Source: Spirochaetaceae bacterium (GTDB taxonomy: Bacteria > Spirochaetota > Spirochaetia > DSM-2461). Taken from it: DNA of 64,000 nt. The translations under genes and the position numbers were made by a program. The DNA lies in contig JAOPTT010000006.1 of the NCBI GenBank assembly GCA_051531975.1, forward strand, positions 494,977 to 558,976. The letters run 5' to 3'. This document shows, piece by piece, positions 18,215-28,226 of this stretch (its first letter is position 1; the number at the start of each line of letters is the position of its first letter). Below the pieces are notes generated by a model, which was given only the letters and a program-made list of their open reading frames with translations, had not been told where the DNA came from and searched no databases.

Positions 18215-19570
18215 ATGATTAATTTAAAAGAAATAATACAAAATAAAAAAGCACTTTTATTCATGATAATAACAATGTCTTTACCAGCAATAATGGAAAT
18301 GTTTCTAAACACTATGTTAGGTGTGGCAGATACAATAATGATAAGTAGATTTATAGGAAAAGAAGCACTTGCTTCAGTCGGATTTGCGAACCAAATAGTT
18401 TATACATTGATATTTATATTTTCTGCATTTAATACTGGTGCTGTAGCATTAATATCCCGAGCTTTAGGAGAAAAAAACTATAAAAAACTTGAAGCCATAG
18501 CGGAGCAAAATATTACTCTGAACTTAATAATCGGTATAATTATTTTAGCTTTAGGATATATTTTTAGTAATTCTATTTTTAAAATTTTTGATATTTCAGA
18601 TAAAGTATATAACGATGCTATTAGTTATTTTAAAATAATAATGATCGGTTTTGTACCAATGTTTTTATGCTTTTCATTTGCCGCGACATTAAGAGGTTCT
18701 GGAAATACTGTAACTCCCATGGTAATTACAGGTGTATCAAATATTATTAATATTATTGGTAATTTTGTTCTAATATTAGGTATTGGTCCATTTCCAGAAC
18801 TTGGGATTGAAGGTGCTGCTTGGTCAACTTCTGGATCAAGAATGATTGCACTTCTTTTATATGTTTTTGTTATATATATTAAAAAAAGTAACATTCGATT
18901 AAAAATGAAATTTTTCTTTAATAAAGATATATTAAAACCATTATGGAAAATAAGTCTTCCAGGTGGTATTGAACAAGCTTTAATGCATATATCATTTGTT
19001 GTTATGGCTGTTATTGTATCTAAACTTGATACTGTTGCTGAAGCTACATTTAGAATATTAATTCAGATAGAATCTCTATCATTTATGCCAGCAGTTGGAA
19101 TGTCTATAGCTACTGCTACATTAGTAGGAAAATCTCTTGGTGAACAGGATCCAGACAAAGCATCTGAAGTAGGTTTTCTTTCTGCAGGAATGGGTGTTTT
19201 CTGGGGCATATTTATAGGTACTATATTTATAATTTTCCCTAACCAGATTATTGGAATTTTTACAAAAGATTCTGTCGTTATAAATACTGGAGCTCCTGTA
19301 ATGTTATTTATGGGGCTAAACCAGATGTGGTTAACGTTTACAATTGTAATTTCAGGAGCACTTAGAGGTGCTGGAGATACAAAGTATGTAATGACTAATA
19401 CATTATTAAGATTATGGATTATTTTTATACCCCTATCATTTCTATTTGTAAATATATTGAATTTGGGGATAGTTGGTGTTTGGTATGCAGAAATAGCTTC
19501 TTTTTTCTTTTTTGCAGCTCTTCTATTTTTTAGATTTAAAAGTAGAAAATGGGTAAAAGAATTAGTTTAA
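18215..19570 (+). CDS. MATE family efflux transporter
   Basis: D..M.....G..ALA.VG, LRG.G.T..PM, P.LG..GAA, LRGAGDT; about 12 TM. Confidence 0.93.
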   Translation: MINLKEIIQNKKALLFMIITMSLPAIMEMFLNTMLGVADTIMISRFIGKEALASVGFANQIVYTLIFIFSAFNTGAVALISRALGEKNYKKLEAIAEQNITLNLIIGIIILALGYIFSNSIFKIFDISDKVYNDAISYFKIIMIGFVPMFLCFSFAATLRGSGNTVTPMVITGVSNIINIIGNFVLILGIGPFPELGIEGAAWSTSGSRMIALLLYVFVIYIKKSNIRLKMKFFFNKDILKPLWKISLPGGIEQALMHISFVVMAVIVSKLDTVAEATFRILIQIESLSFMPAVGMSIATATLVGKSLGEQDPDKASEVGFLSAGMGVFWGIFIGTIFIIFPNQIIGIFTKDSVVINTGAPVMLFMGLNQMWLTFTIVISGALRGAGDTKYVMTNTLLRLWIIFIPLSFLFVNILNLGIVGVWYAEIASFFFFAALLFFRFKSRKWVKELV

Positions 19571-20734
19571 TTTTAAAGTCTGGTAGTTGAATATTTTTCT
19601 ATCTATCACTACCTGTTTAATAAAAATATTAAGTTTAGAATTTTGTAAAATATCTTCTAACCCATTTGTTAATATTAAGAATTTTAATTTATCATCAATA
19701 TCTGTTGTTGGGAGACTTTTTTTACGATTAAAGTTTTTTTTCTCATCTGTTAGATATATTTTTAATTTTTTATAAGCTTTTTCTAACCTGACAGTTTCCA
19801 TTCCACGCCAGCTATATAGTTGAATCATATGCTCTAATAATATAATTATTTCACAGTAGAGAGGCATCGTTCCTCTATAATAATAGTGTGGCGGAAGTGT
19901 ATTTATATCTTTTAACAGTGGCGATATAGAGTTAAAGAAACCTTCAGTATAACTATTAATTGGCATCCCTGATTGTTTCTGATCTCTATATAATTTGTTA
20001 TATAATTGTAATTTTTCAGGATAATATTTTTCAATTGTATTTAAATAGAATTCTTTCTGTCTTCCAGGCCTAAGTGTAACTGGAAATGGCATAATATAAT
20101 CAACTTTTAAATCCATTAAAGTAGTTATAAGTTTTTCTATCCCTTTATAATCATCTGAAATCCCAGGTAACAATGGCTGCATATAAATACCTACATTACA
20201 CCCTTCATCTTTAAATATCTTAACAGTCTCTAATCTCTCTTCTACAGTTGAGGCGTTTGGCTCCATATTAGATCGAGTGGTCTCATCTAGTGTATTTATA
20301 GACATCTGTAGAGTAAATCCACCCTTTTGATTAACTTTTTTCCAATTATCCAGATCTCTTAATACAAGTTTTGATTTAGTTAATACGGAGACATGAAATC
20401 CATATTCTGTAAACAGTTCACTACACCTTCCAGTTAAGTTATAATGTTTCTCTGCTTCTTGATATATATCGCTAATTCCTGAAGATAGATGAAATGGTGC
20501 ATTTTCTCGTACTTTTGGCAGTGCTTCATGTAATAGATCAGGGATATTAACTCTTGCTTTTATATCTTTAGAAAAATCACCTTCCAAATGATATTTTTCT
20601 GCTCTACCATCACAATAACTACAGTCATGTGAACACCCCATATAAGGTGAAAAAGCATACATGTTTCCAAACATAGACCCTGCAAAATAACTTTTACTAA
20701 AAGCTTTTTTTACTTTTATCTCAGTTAAACCCAT
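19562..20734 (-). CDS. SPL-like (Rv2578c-type) radical SAM protein
   Basis: SPYMGCSHDCSYC, D.YQ..E, LTKS.LV.RD.D, EP.A....RL, P.LPGI.D. Confidence 0.88.
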   Translation of the reverse strand: MGLTEIKVKKAFSKSYFAGSMFGNMYAFSPYMGCSHDCSYCDGRAEKYHLEGDFSKDIKARVNIPDLLHEALPKVRENAPFHLSSGISDIYQEAEKHYNLTGRCSELFTEYGFHVSVLTKSKLVLRDLDNWKKVNQKGGFTLQMSINTLDETTRSNMEPNASTVEERLETVKIFKDEGCNVGIYMQPLLPGISDDYKGIEKLITTLMDLKVDYIMPFPVTLRPGRQKEFYLNTIEKYYPEKLQLYNKLYRDQKQSGMPINSYTEGFFNSISPLLKDINTLPPHYYYRGTMPLYCEIIILLEHMIQLYSWRGMETVRLEKAYKKLKIYLTDEKKNFNRKKSLPTTDIDDKLKFLILTNGLEDILQNSKLNIFIKQVVIDRKIFNYQTLKLN

Positions 20735-21402
20735 CTTTTAAGAAATTCCTTTCTAGATAATATTTTAGCACCTAACTTCTTTTTATATTCCATATATGGA
20801 TGACCTAAATTCCAAAATTCTATGCCTTTAGACTCTAGCTCCCTTGCTAATAGTACAAGTTGAAAAGTTCCCCAATTATTAAACTCTTTATTATAAAAAC
20901 CAGTTAGACTAGTAAATGTTTTACCTATATAATAACCAACTTCTCCAGATGTAATAACATCCCCATGGTATAATAGAATTGTTGAAATTTGAAAGTTATC
21001 TTTAGCTAAGGTATATTCTTTTAATTTATATAATAGAGATATATAACTATCTGTAAACCAACACTCATCTCCATGATAAAGTTTTAACAGAGGTATAAAT
21101 GTATCAAGATCAAGTTTTTGCTCTAACTTATAATTTTTGTTGTATAATTTATTAGTTTTTTTGCTTATATGAAGATTTTTGAAATCTAATACAGCATATG
21201 CTTCTTGTATTTCTGGTAATAGAATATCTCCAATTCCTTTATAATTAACACTTGTTGAAATAAAACCTTTAATAGCTAATAATATATAAAGTTCAGGAGT
21301 AAAGTTATCGGTCCAATAATATCTGTTTTCTAAATCGTTATATATTCGATCTATCTCATGATTAATTTTTGAAATAGTTATAAATTCAATTTCATTTGAC
21401 AC
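20725..21402 (-). CDS. Leu/Phe-tRNA--protein transferase (Aat)-like GNAT-fold protein
   Basis: LHISK, W....I..L, GEVGY.IG..FTSLTGF, G..QL..L...L...G...W.LG..M.YK..LGA..L.R.EF. Confidence 0.68.
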   Translation of the reverse strand: MSNEIEFITISKINHEIDRIYNDLENRYYWTDNFTPELYILLAIKGFISTSVNYKGIGDILLPEIQEAYAVLDFKNLHISKKTNKLYNKNYKLEQKLDLDTFIPLLKLYHGDECWFTDSYISLLYKLKEYTLAKDNFQISTILLYHGDVITSGEVGYYIGKTFTSLTGFYNKEFNNWGTFQLVLLARELESKGIEFWNLGHPYMEYKKKLGAKILSRKEFLKRWV

Positions 21403-21490
21403 TAATAAACCTCAATAATTAATTTTATATTATTTCCCATGACTTTTAAAGAGACATAAATTATACTTTACATGATTTAAAGGACTAACA

Positions 21491-23392
21491 TTGAAACATA
21501 TAACTACTTTTTTATTTATTTTCATCTCTTTTTTTTTAACATCATGCCAGCAAATAGTTACAAGGAATAATGTATTAAATGGTCAAGTAGATTTATCTAT
21601 GATTAGCTCCACAGATAGTGAATTATCTAGATTAAATGGTTATTGGTATTATTGGCCAGATGAACTCTTGGATTATCAGGATGTTAAAAATCAGATCGAT
21701 TCAGGATATAATAATTATAGTTATTATCCCTTAGTCTGGCAAAAACTTAAAACATTTGATAAATATGAAGCTTTACAAAAAACTGGAACCCTAGCAATAG
21801 AATTATCTCTACCTTATGATATTGCTACTTGGGCTGTAAGAATCCCAAATGCAAACTCTGCAACAACACTGTTTTTTAATGAGCAAATAATATCCAAAAC
21901 TGGGAATACTTCAGAAACAATTGACAACTTTATTCCAAGTAATAAACTTAAAATTGGGAATATAACATCACCTAATGAAAAAAATATATTAATTGTTCAT
22001 GTATCAAATTTTTCAACTCCTTATACTGGTACATGGGATAGTCTAATCATTGGGAATCAAGATGATATCAACAACAAAAGAGTTTTGGATATAATATTAA
22101 CCTGCTTGATAAGTGGTGCCCTTTTTTATATGGGTCTATATCATTTATCTCTACATCTACTTAGAAGAGATGATAAAAGTACATTATGGTTTGGGTTTAT
22201 TTGTCTTTTAATGGGCATAAGAAACATGATTATGGGTGAAAGAATCATACTAGAATTATTACCAGACAGTTGGTTCTGGTGGAGATTTGGTTTTAACCTA
22301 GAACATTTGTCTGCTCATATGGTGTTACCCTTATTCTTTCTGTTTTTCAATGATATTTTTCCTAATCAGATACATAAGATTTCTGTTAAAATAGTTTCTT
22401 TTGTTGCAATTTTGTGGGCAATATTACAACTATTTACACCTATAATGTTTCATCAAAGGTTTCTTTCTTGGTATGAATATTTCTTATTTTTGAGTGCCTT
22501 ATATATGTTGAGTGTAATTATTAGGGCTTTTATTGCTAAAGAAGATGGATCTTTAATTACAATAACTGGTCTTACAATTCTAATTTTAACAACAATTAAC
22601 GATGTATTATTATCTAATGGTATTTTACAAAGTTTTTATATGTCTTCAGTTGGAGTTTTTGTCTATACATTTAGTCAAAGCTTCTTTTTATCAAAAAGGT
22701 TTGCAAAACTATTTAATATAATTGCTAGGTTCACTAAAGATCTACAAGAATTAAATAACTCCCTTGAACGATTTATTCCACATAGAATGTTAGAATTTTT
22801 AGGAAAAAAAAGTATCGTTGATATTAAGTTAGGTGACTATTCAAAACAAGAGATGTCTGTATTTTTCTTAGATATAAGAGATTTTACAACTTTCTCAGAA
22901 ACAATGAGCCCTCAGGATAACTTTAAATTTATTAACTCATTTTTAAAGAGGTTTGGACCAATAATTAGACAATGTGGTGGATTTGTTGATAAATATATTG
23001 GTGATGGTATTATGGCGCTTTTCCCTGATTCACCTGATAGTGCTTTTAATGCAGCTCTTTTAATTAGAGAAGAGTTAGTTAGTTTTAATATCGAAAGAGA
23101 GAGTTATGGACATATACCAATAGCTCTTGGTATTGGTATAAACACTGGAGAACTAATGCTAGGAACGATCGGGGAAAATCAGCGTATGGATTCAACTGTT
23201 ATATCTGATGCAGTTAATACAGCTAGTAGATTGGAAAGTTTAACAAAAGAGTTAAATATTGATATTCTGGTTTCTGAAACTTCAATGAATAAACTAATAG
23301 ATAAAAATCTATTTAAACTTTCCCATGCTGGTAACCAACATGTAAAAGGAAAGTCTGAACAGATTAATATCTATACTTTAAATAGATTATAG
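21491..23392 (+). CDS. Class III adenylate cyclase with 7TM-DISM-type sensor
   Basis: LNG.W.Y extracellular domain, 7 TM (YHL...F...C...RN), FLDIRDFT, VDKYIGDGIMALF, TVISDAVNTASRLE; TTG start. Confidence 0.92.
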   Translation: MKHITTFLFIFISFFLTSCQQIVTRNNVLNGQVDLSMISSTDSELSRLNGYWYYWPDELLDYQDVKNQIDSGYNNYSYYPLVWQKLKTFDKYEALQKTGTLAIELSLPYDIATWAVRIPNANSATTLFFNEQIISKTGNTSETIDNFIPSNKLKIGNITSPNEKNILIVHVSNFSTPYTGTWDSLIIGNQDDINNKRVLDIILTCLISGALFYMGLYHLSLHLLRRDDKSTLWFGFICLLMGIRNMIMGERIILELLPDSWFWWRFGFNLEHLSAHMVLPLFFLFFNDIFPNQIHKISVKIVSFVAILWAILQLFTPIMFHQRFLSWYEYFLFLSALYMLSVIIRAFIAKEDGSLITITGLTILILTTINDVLLSNGILQSFYMSSVGVFVYTFSQSFFLSKRFAKLFNIIARFTKDLQELNNSLERFIPHRMLEFLGKKSIVDIKLGDYSKQEMSVFFLDIRDFTTFSETMSPQDNFKFINSFLKRFGPIIRQCGGFVDKYIGDGIMALFPDSPDSAFNAALLIREELVSFNIERESYGHIPIALGIGINTGELMLGTIGENQRMDSTVISDAVNTASRLESLTKELNIDILVSETSMNKLIDKNLFKLSHAGNQHVKGKSEQINIYTLNRL

Positions 23393-23397
23393 TCAGC

Positions 23398-25512
23398 CTA
23401 TTCAGTAAAACCTGATACTAAAAATAGTAGTGGTGAATTCCAATATATAGTAATTTCATTTGTTGAATAACTAGGCTCTAGATCAAGATAACATTTTGCA
23501 GGAGCTTTTTTTGCAAGTTTCATTTTTGCAAAAGGATCTTGTAAACTCCTATTTGGTCCCCCTGCTAACATACCTGGAACTACTTTACCAACAAAAGTTG
23601 ATGGTCTATGATGTGGAAATTTCATGGAGACATCACCAAAACCTGATACAAAACTAATACCTAATGAGTTAATACCTAATAGATAATTCAAGTGATCTAA
23701 AGCTTGTTCTTTATATAGTTCGTTACCAGTAAGTCTATTTGCAAGTAATAATATAATTCCATTATCTGCAACTATTTCGTTACTTCCCCATTGATAATTA
23801 GTTCCTAACGAAATTCCAAAACCATCTTCTAGACTTTTAGAGCTTATTTTATCAGCTTTTTTAATAAATTCTTGTCTTAATTCTTCAGAAAAATTATCAT
23901 CTTTCACATCAGAATCAGTAAAGATATATGATATTACTCCATATGTACCCATATCAGCCCATCCTAAACCACTCCATGGTTCACCTTCAAAACTCTCTTT
24001 TGCATATGAGTGAAACATAGGATTTTCTGTAGCCAAAAAAAGTTCAACTGAAGCCCAAAACTTTTCATCTTTATCAATAAAATCGCCATACTCTCCTGTT
24101 GTAATACCTTCAGGGTTTTTAAAACCGGGGTATAGTTCATGCTCATCTAACCATGCCCAAGCTTTTAAAGCAGCTTCTAGAGCGATTTCTGAATAAACTG
24201 GATCTATCTCCCTATATAATCTAGAAGACATTGCCATAACTGCAGCAAAATCTCCTGTCGCTGTTGATGAAATAGGAGATATTATTAATTTATCTGAGTT
24301 TTTATCTGGCATTATGTTATCGATAAACTTTTTAGTCGTTACCTTATGATAAACACCACCAGTTTCTGGATCTTGCATTTTTAATAGCCAGTCTAATTCA
24401 TATCTAATTTCATTATATAACTCAGGAGTTTCTGTATAAAATATAGATGTTAACATTAAATCTGTTACTGCTTTTATACCAGGGCTGGTATATCTTCCAT
24501 AATCCCCTGCATCATGCCAACCACCTGTAACATCAACTTTTGTATCAGTATTATATACTGTAGCAAGATCAGTATGACAAGCAGAATGTGTCCAATCATG
24601 GGTAATATTTTCATCTAGATCAAAACCACAACGCTGATAATAAAACATTTCAAAAATAGATTTTTTTAATGGGTTGAAAATATCAGATTTAATTTCAAAA
24701 GATACAGAACTACCAATTTCAGGTACTTCAATAATATATTGTCCCTCTTTTACAAAAGCGGTAAAATCCCCAGTTACTACTTTATCTTTTGATGCTGGAT
24801 CATCTATGAAATCACCAAATAAGCCTTCATAAACTGTCTCATTAGTAGTTGCATCTTTTAAATAAAAAGATTTAACATCACTATTTACTCTAACAATTTT
24901 ACTACTATTAGTTAAATAACCTACTTGATTAACTGAAACATATGTTTTTACAATTTCAACTTTTTCTTCAATTGTATTATTATCTGTTGTTATAGATAGA
25001 TTATCAACTTTTACTGTATGAGCTGGTAGATCTCCATCTTCGAAATATCCTATATTATAACACAATTTTGCAAACTCATCTGTATCTTTTTCCATAACAA
25101 AATCAAATGTAAAAGTTTGCATATCTGGAGTTAACTGAATGTTTTCTTCTAAATATGCTGTATAAGGAGCGAAATCTAATTGAATTCTAATCTGAGCTTC
25201 TTTTGGTATTGTAGAAGCCATGTCTACCTGAAAAGTATAACTGTGACCTTTGATAAATGTTAAACCTGCATAATGAGCTTGTATATGCCATTCTTCGGTT
25301 CCAACATTGTCTATATTATAATGAATTTGACCTTCATTTACTTCAAACGAACCCTCGCCAGGGGATTTTACAAACAGTCCCCACCCCTCAGAACCATTAC
25401 TTAAATCACCATTTTCAATTAAATTCACCAATTCACCATCATTACTACTTTTGACTGATATACAACTTGATATAAAAGCTATAACAGAAATAATAAATAA
25501 AAATTTCTTCAT
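23398..25512 (-). CDS. Lipoprotein glycoside hydrolase family 9 (CBM4-Ig-GH9 endoglucanase)
   Basis: Lipobox ISS-C; CBM4-like NL..NG.....W...W.IQ; VNQVGY; GGWHDAGDYG; PHHR; YSTNEITIYWN. Confidence 0.92.
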   Translation of the reverse strand: MKKFLFIISVIAFISSCISVKSSNDGELVNLIENGDLSNGSEGWGLFVKSPGEGSFEVNEGQIHYNIDNVGTEEWHIQAHYAGLTFIKGHSYTFQVDMASTIPKEAQIRIQLDFAPYTAYLEENIQLTPDMQTFTFDFVMEKDTDEFAKLCYNIGYFEDGDLPAHTVKVDNLSITTDNNTIEEKVEIVKTYVSVNQVGYLTNSSKIVRVNSDVKSFYLKDATTNETVYEGLFGDFIDDPASKDKVVTGDFTAFVKEGQYIIEVPEIGSSVSFEIKSDIFNPLKKSIFEMFYYQRCGFDLDENITHDWTHSACHTDLATVYNTDTKVDVTGGWHDAGDYGRYTSPGIKAVTDLMLTSIFYTETPELYNEIRYELDWLLKMQDPETGGVYHKVTTKKFIDNIMPDKNSDKLIISPISSTATGDFAAVMAMSSRLYREIDPVYSEIALEAALKAWAWLDEHELYPGFKNPEGITTGEYGDFIDKDEKFWASVELFLATENPMFHSYAKESFEGEPWSGLGWADMGTYGVISYIFTDSDVKDDNFSEELRQEFIKKADKISSKSLEDGFGISLGTNYQWGSNEIVADNGIILLLANRLTGNELYKEQALDHLNYLLGINSLGISFVSGFGDVSMKFPHHRPSTFVGKVVPGMLAGGPNRSLQDPFAKMKLAKKAPAKCYLDLEPSYSTNEITIYWNSPLLFLVSGFTE

Positions 25513-25526
25513 ACACTATCCTTGTT

Positions 25527-25569
25527 TAATAATTATATTAGTTTCCGTAAACAACTAATATAATTATTA
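25527..25569. repeat. 17-bp perfect inverted repeat with 9-nt spacer upstream of the GH9 gene
   Basis: TAATAATTATATTAGTT-tccgtaaac-AACTAATATAATTATTA. Confidence 0.8.
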
Positions 25570-25598
25570 TTGTAGTGTTTTTTTAATTAGTCAAGAAA

Positions 25599-26060
25599 TT
25601 ATAAATTAATATATTTAAGTATTTCATTTTTATGTTCATCATTTTTTAAACAGTCAAAATACATTGTAGGTCGATTATTAGTCTTTATTTCAATTAAAGA
25701 TTGACTAAAAAACCGCCAAAAACCTTTTGGTGCTTCTTCTAAAATATATTCATCACCACTGTTTTTAATAGCATTTAATGCATCTTGTTCACGAACTTCT
25801 CTGATACTTTTAAGTTCTTCGGCTTTTACACCAAATTCTAATTTACTATAATTTGATTTCTTATTCATTGTTAAAATTGATGGCGCTGGGGCAAAATCTT
25901 CGAAATATAAAATCTTATTGATAATATAAAACAGACCACTTGTTCCTATCTGTTTATTTCCTTTCGAATTACCTACATATTTTGCAAAAGAAGAGTATAT
26001 AATTTTTCCATCATATCTCTCTTCACGCTCTTTAATAAACTTCTTTCTTTCTTCATCCAT
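25599..26060 (-). CDS. Hypothetical protein (153 aa)
   Basis: ORF co-oriented with its neighbours; GLFY....LYFEDF beta-rich pattern. Confidence 0.65.
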   Translation of the reverse strand: MDEERKKFIKEREERYDGKIIYSSFAKYVGNSKGNKQIGTSGLFYIINKILYFEDFAPAPSILTMNKKSNYSKLEFGVKAEELKSIREVREQDALNAIKNSGDEYILEEAPKGFWRFFSQSLIEIKTNNRPTMYFDCLKNDEHKNEILKYINL

Positions 26061-26099
26061 ATAAGAATAATATGCTTTTAATATAAATTTTAAAAGAGA

Positions 26100-27653
26100 T
26101 TACATATTTGTTTTTGCTTTATCTAAGTGAACAGAAAATGCACGCATTAAATGAACAAGTTTATTAAGTTTATCTGAACAATCTTCAAGCTCTTTAGCTA
26201 ATTCAGGGTTTGTGTTTTTAAAATAGATTACATTGTTAAGAATATTGGGTTTCATAGCAATAATATCAACGTTAATCGCAGTAATAAAGGCATTCATTTT
26301 AATTGCACTTTCAAATAATGCTTGAATTATACCATCTGCTTCGTTGTTTACAAACTTGATTGCATCTTGTGCTTTTAATTTAGTTTTACTATCTAAAATA
26401 CTATTTTTAATAATTTTTAAATATGGATCAACCTTTGAAAATGAAGGAATAGTTAAATCTTCTTCAAATTTCTTAATATCTTCAGATACCTGATTTAATG
26501 ATTCAAAATATCCATTAAATATGTTTTGCTTCTCTTTATGCATATACTCTGCGTTAACTTGAAATAATTTTAATGATTTTGAAATTTGATTATCAAAATA
26601 ATATACGTAAAAACTTTTGATAATCCTTATTGTTTCGATATATTTAAAAATTGGTAAACCGGCATCAAAAAATAAATTGCTATTTTCATCAGAATATACC
26701 TGACAAGTTAATAACTCTAAATCTTCAAATAGTTGATAAATTCTGGAATTTAGAACTTTATTTTTTTCCTGTTGTAAATATCTCTGCCTATCAACTCTAA
26801 ACTTATCTATTATTGGCTGATAAACATCTATTGGAAATGTATTTTCATATACTTTTACTGGTGGTTTGTTATTAAAATCTTTACTTATTAAGCATAAAAG
26901 ATCTTCAAGAAAACTATTTGTTAATATATTATCAAAAATATTATATAGACGTAAAATATCTTTAGTTAAATGCTCATAAGTATATGATTCCGCTGCTTCA
27001 GAATAACTTAAAGAAATAGTCATTATTGGGTCTACGACAATTCTTTCAAACTCAACAATTGCTCCAGATAAAAAATATAGGTCTAAAATAGATGCTTGTA
27101 TACTCTCCCCACTTACTGGATATGTTTCTCCATTACTTTTGAATTGAAACTGGTTAATAAGATTATCATAATTAAAAAGGACTAAATCTGCTAAGACCAT
27201 ATTTTTATTTAAATATTTATTACAGATTTTAAAATCTTTATGTTTAAATGATTTCATTCTCTCTTTAAAAGTAGAATCAACGGTTTTAATACCACCAGAA
27301 CCATGACCAGTCAATTGTGTTATAATATTTTTTAATTCTAGATCTTCTAATGTATAATTTACTTTTTCTAAAATATTGGATACTACAGCTTTTTCGAAGT
27401 TCTCCTCATGTTCTTCTCCTCCATTTAGATTGTTTTGATATACAGGTCGAAGTCTTTTAGAAATATCTGCCATGTCTTCAATTATTTTTAAAAATTCTAA
27501 TTTAAATGAATCTGAAATAGGATCATACAGATCTCTTTTATGCTTCCTAATTGTAATTATAGCTCTTTTAATACTTCTTTTATTATCTTGATCTTGTCCC
27601 ATAATAGGTCCGTAAGCTAATATGAAATTTTTTAATTTATCTACTAAGCTCAT
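26100..27653 (-). CDS. Conserved spirochaete helical protein (possibly DUF5312-like)
   Basis: 517-aa soluble ORF overlapping the upstream response regulator by 4 nt; family call is tentative recall. Confidence 0.5.
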   Translation of the reverse strand: MSLVDKLKNFILAYGPIMGQDQDNKRSIKRAIITIRKHKRDLYDPISDSFKLEFLKIIEDMADISKRLRPVYQNNLNGGEEHEENFEKAVVSNILEKVNYTLEDLELKNIITQLTGHGSGGIKTVDSTFKERMKSFKHKDFKICNKYLNKNMVLADLVLFNYDNLINQFQFKSNGETYPVSGESIQASILDLYFLSGAIVEFERIVVDPIMTISLSYSEAAESYTYEHLTKDILRLYNIFDNILTNSFLEDLLCLISKDFNNKPPVKVYENTFPIDVYQPIIDKFRVDRQRYLQQEKNKVLNSRIYQLFEDLELLTCQVYSDENSNLFFDAGLPIFKYIETIRIIKSFYVYYFDNQISKSLKLFQVNAEYMHKEKQNIFNGYFESLNQVSEDIKKFEEDLTIPSFSKVDPYLKIIKNSILDSKTKLKAQDAIKFVNNEADGIIQALFESAIKMNAFITAINVDIIAMKPNILNNVIYFKNTNPELAKELEDCSDKLNKLVHLMRAFSVHLDKAKTNM

Positions 27654-28117
27654 GAAAAAGACTTCCTTTTTGTTGCTTTATTCAGTTTATCTACAACTAA
27701 TTTCAACTTTTCTAAAATTAGTTTTCTATCTAATGGTTTTACAATGTAATCTTTAGCTCCACTATTAATTAATTCTAAAACTATTTCTGTATCACTTTCA
27801 GATGTAACCATAATGACATGAACAGATGGATATTTTTTTTTCAACTGTTTTAATACAGCCATACCATCCATTTTTGGCATAATATAATCCAACAAAACTA
27901 AATGAGGAAGTTCATTCTCTATCATGAAAATACCTTCAGCTCCATCTTCAGCTTCGCCAATAACTTCAAAACCAGTTGATTTTAATATTTGACTCATAAT
28001 TCTTCTATCAATAAATGTATCATCAATAACTACTACTTTAACAGTACGTCCATTTTTAAGAACACCAATAGGTGTCATTGGTTTACTAGAAACTAATTTA
28101 TCACTATTATTACCCAT
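27650..28117 (-). CDS. CheY-like response regulator with N-terminal extension
   Basis: VVIDD, EAEDG, LDYIMPKMDG, IMVTS, YIVKP. Confidence 0.9.
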   Translation of the reverse strand: MGNNSDKLVSSKPMTPIGVLKNGRTVKVVVIDDTFIDRRIMSQILKSTGFEVIGEAEDGAEGIFMIENELPHLVLLDYIMPKMDGMAVLKQLKKKYPSVHVIMVTSESDTEIVLELINSGAKDYIVKPLDRKLILEKLKLVVDKLNKATKRKSFS

Positions 28118-28226
28118 AGTATTAATAATATTAGATTATTTAACTATTGACTACTAATTATTTAAATAAGAATTTATTAATTCTAAAACATATAATTAAG
28201 TAATACTGAATTAAGGCTATATTTAA

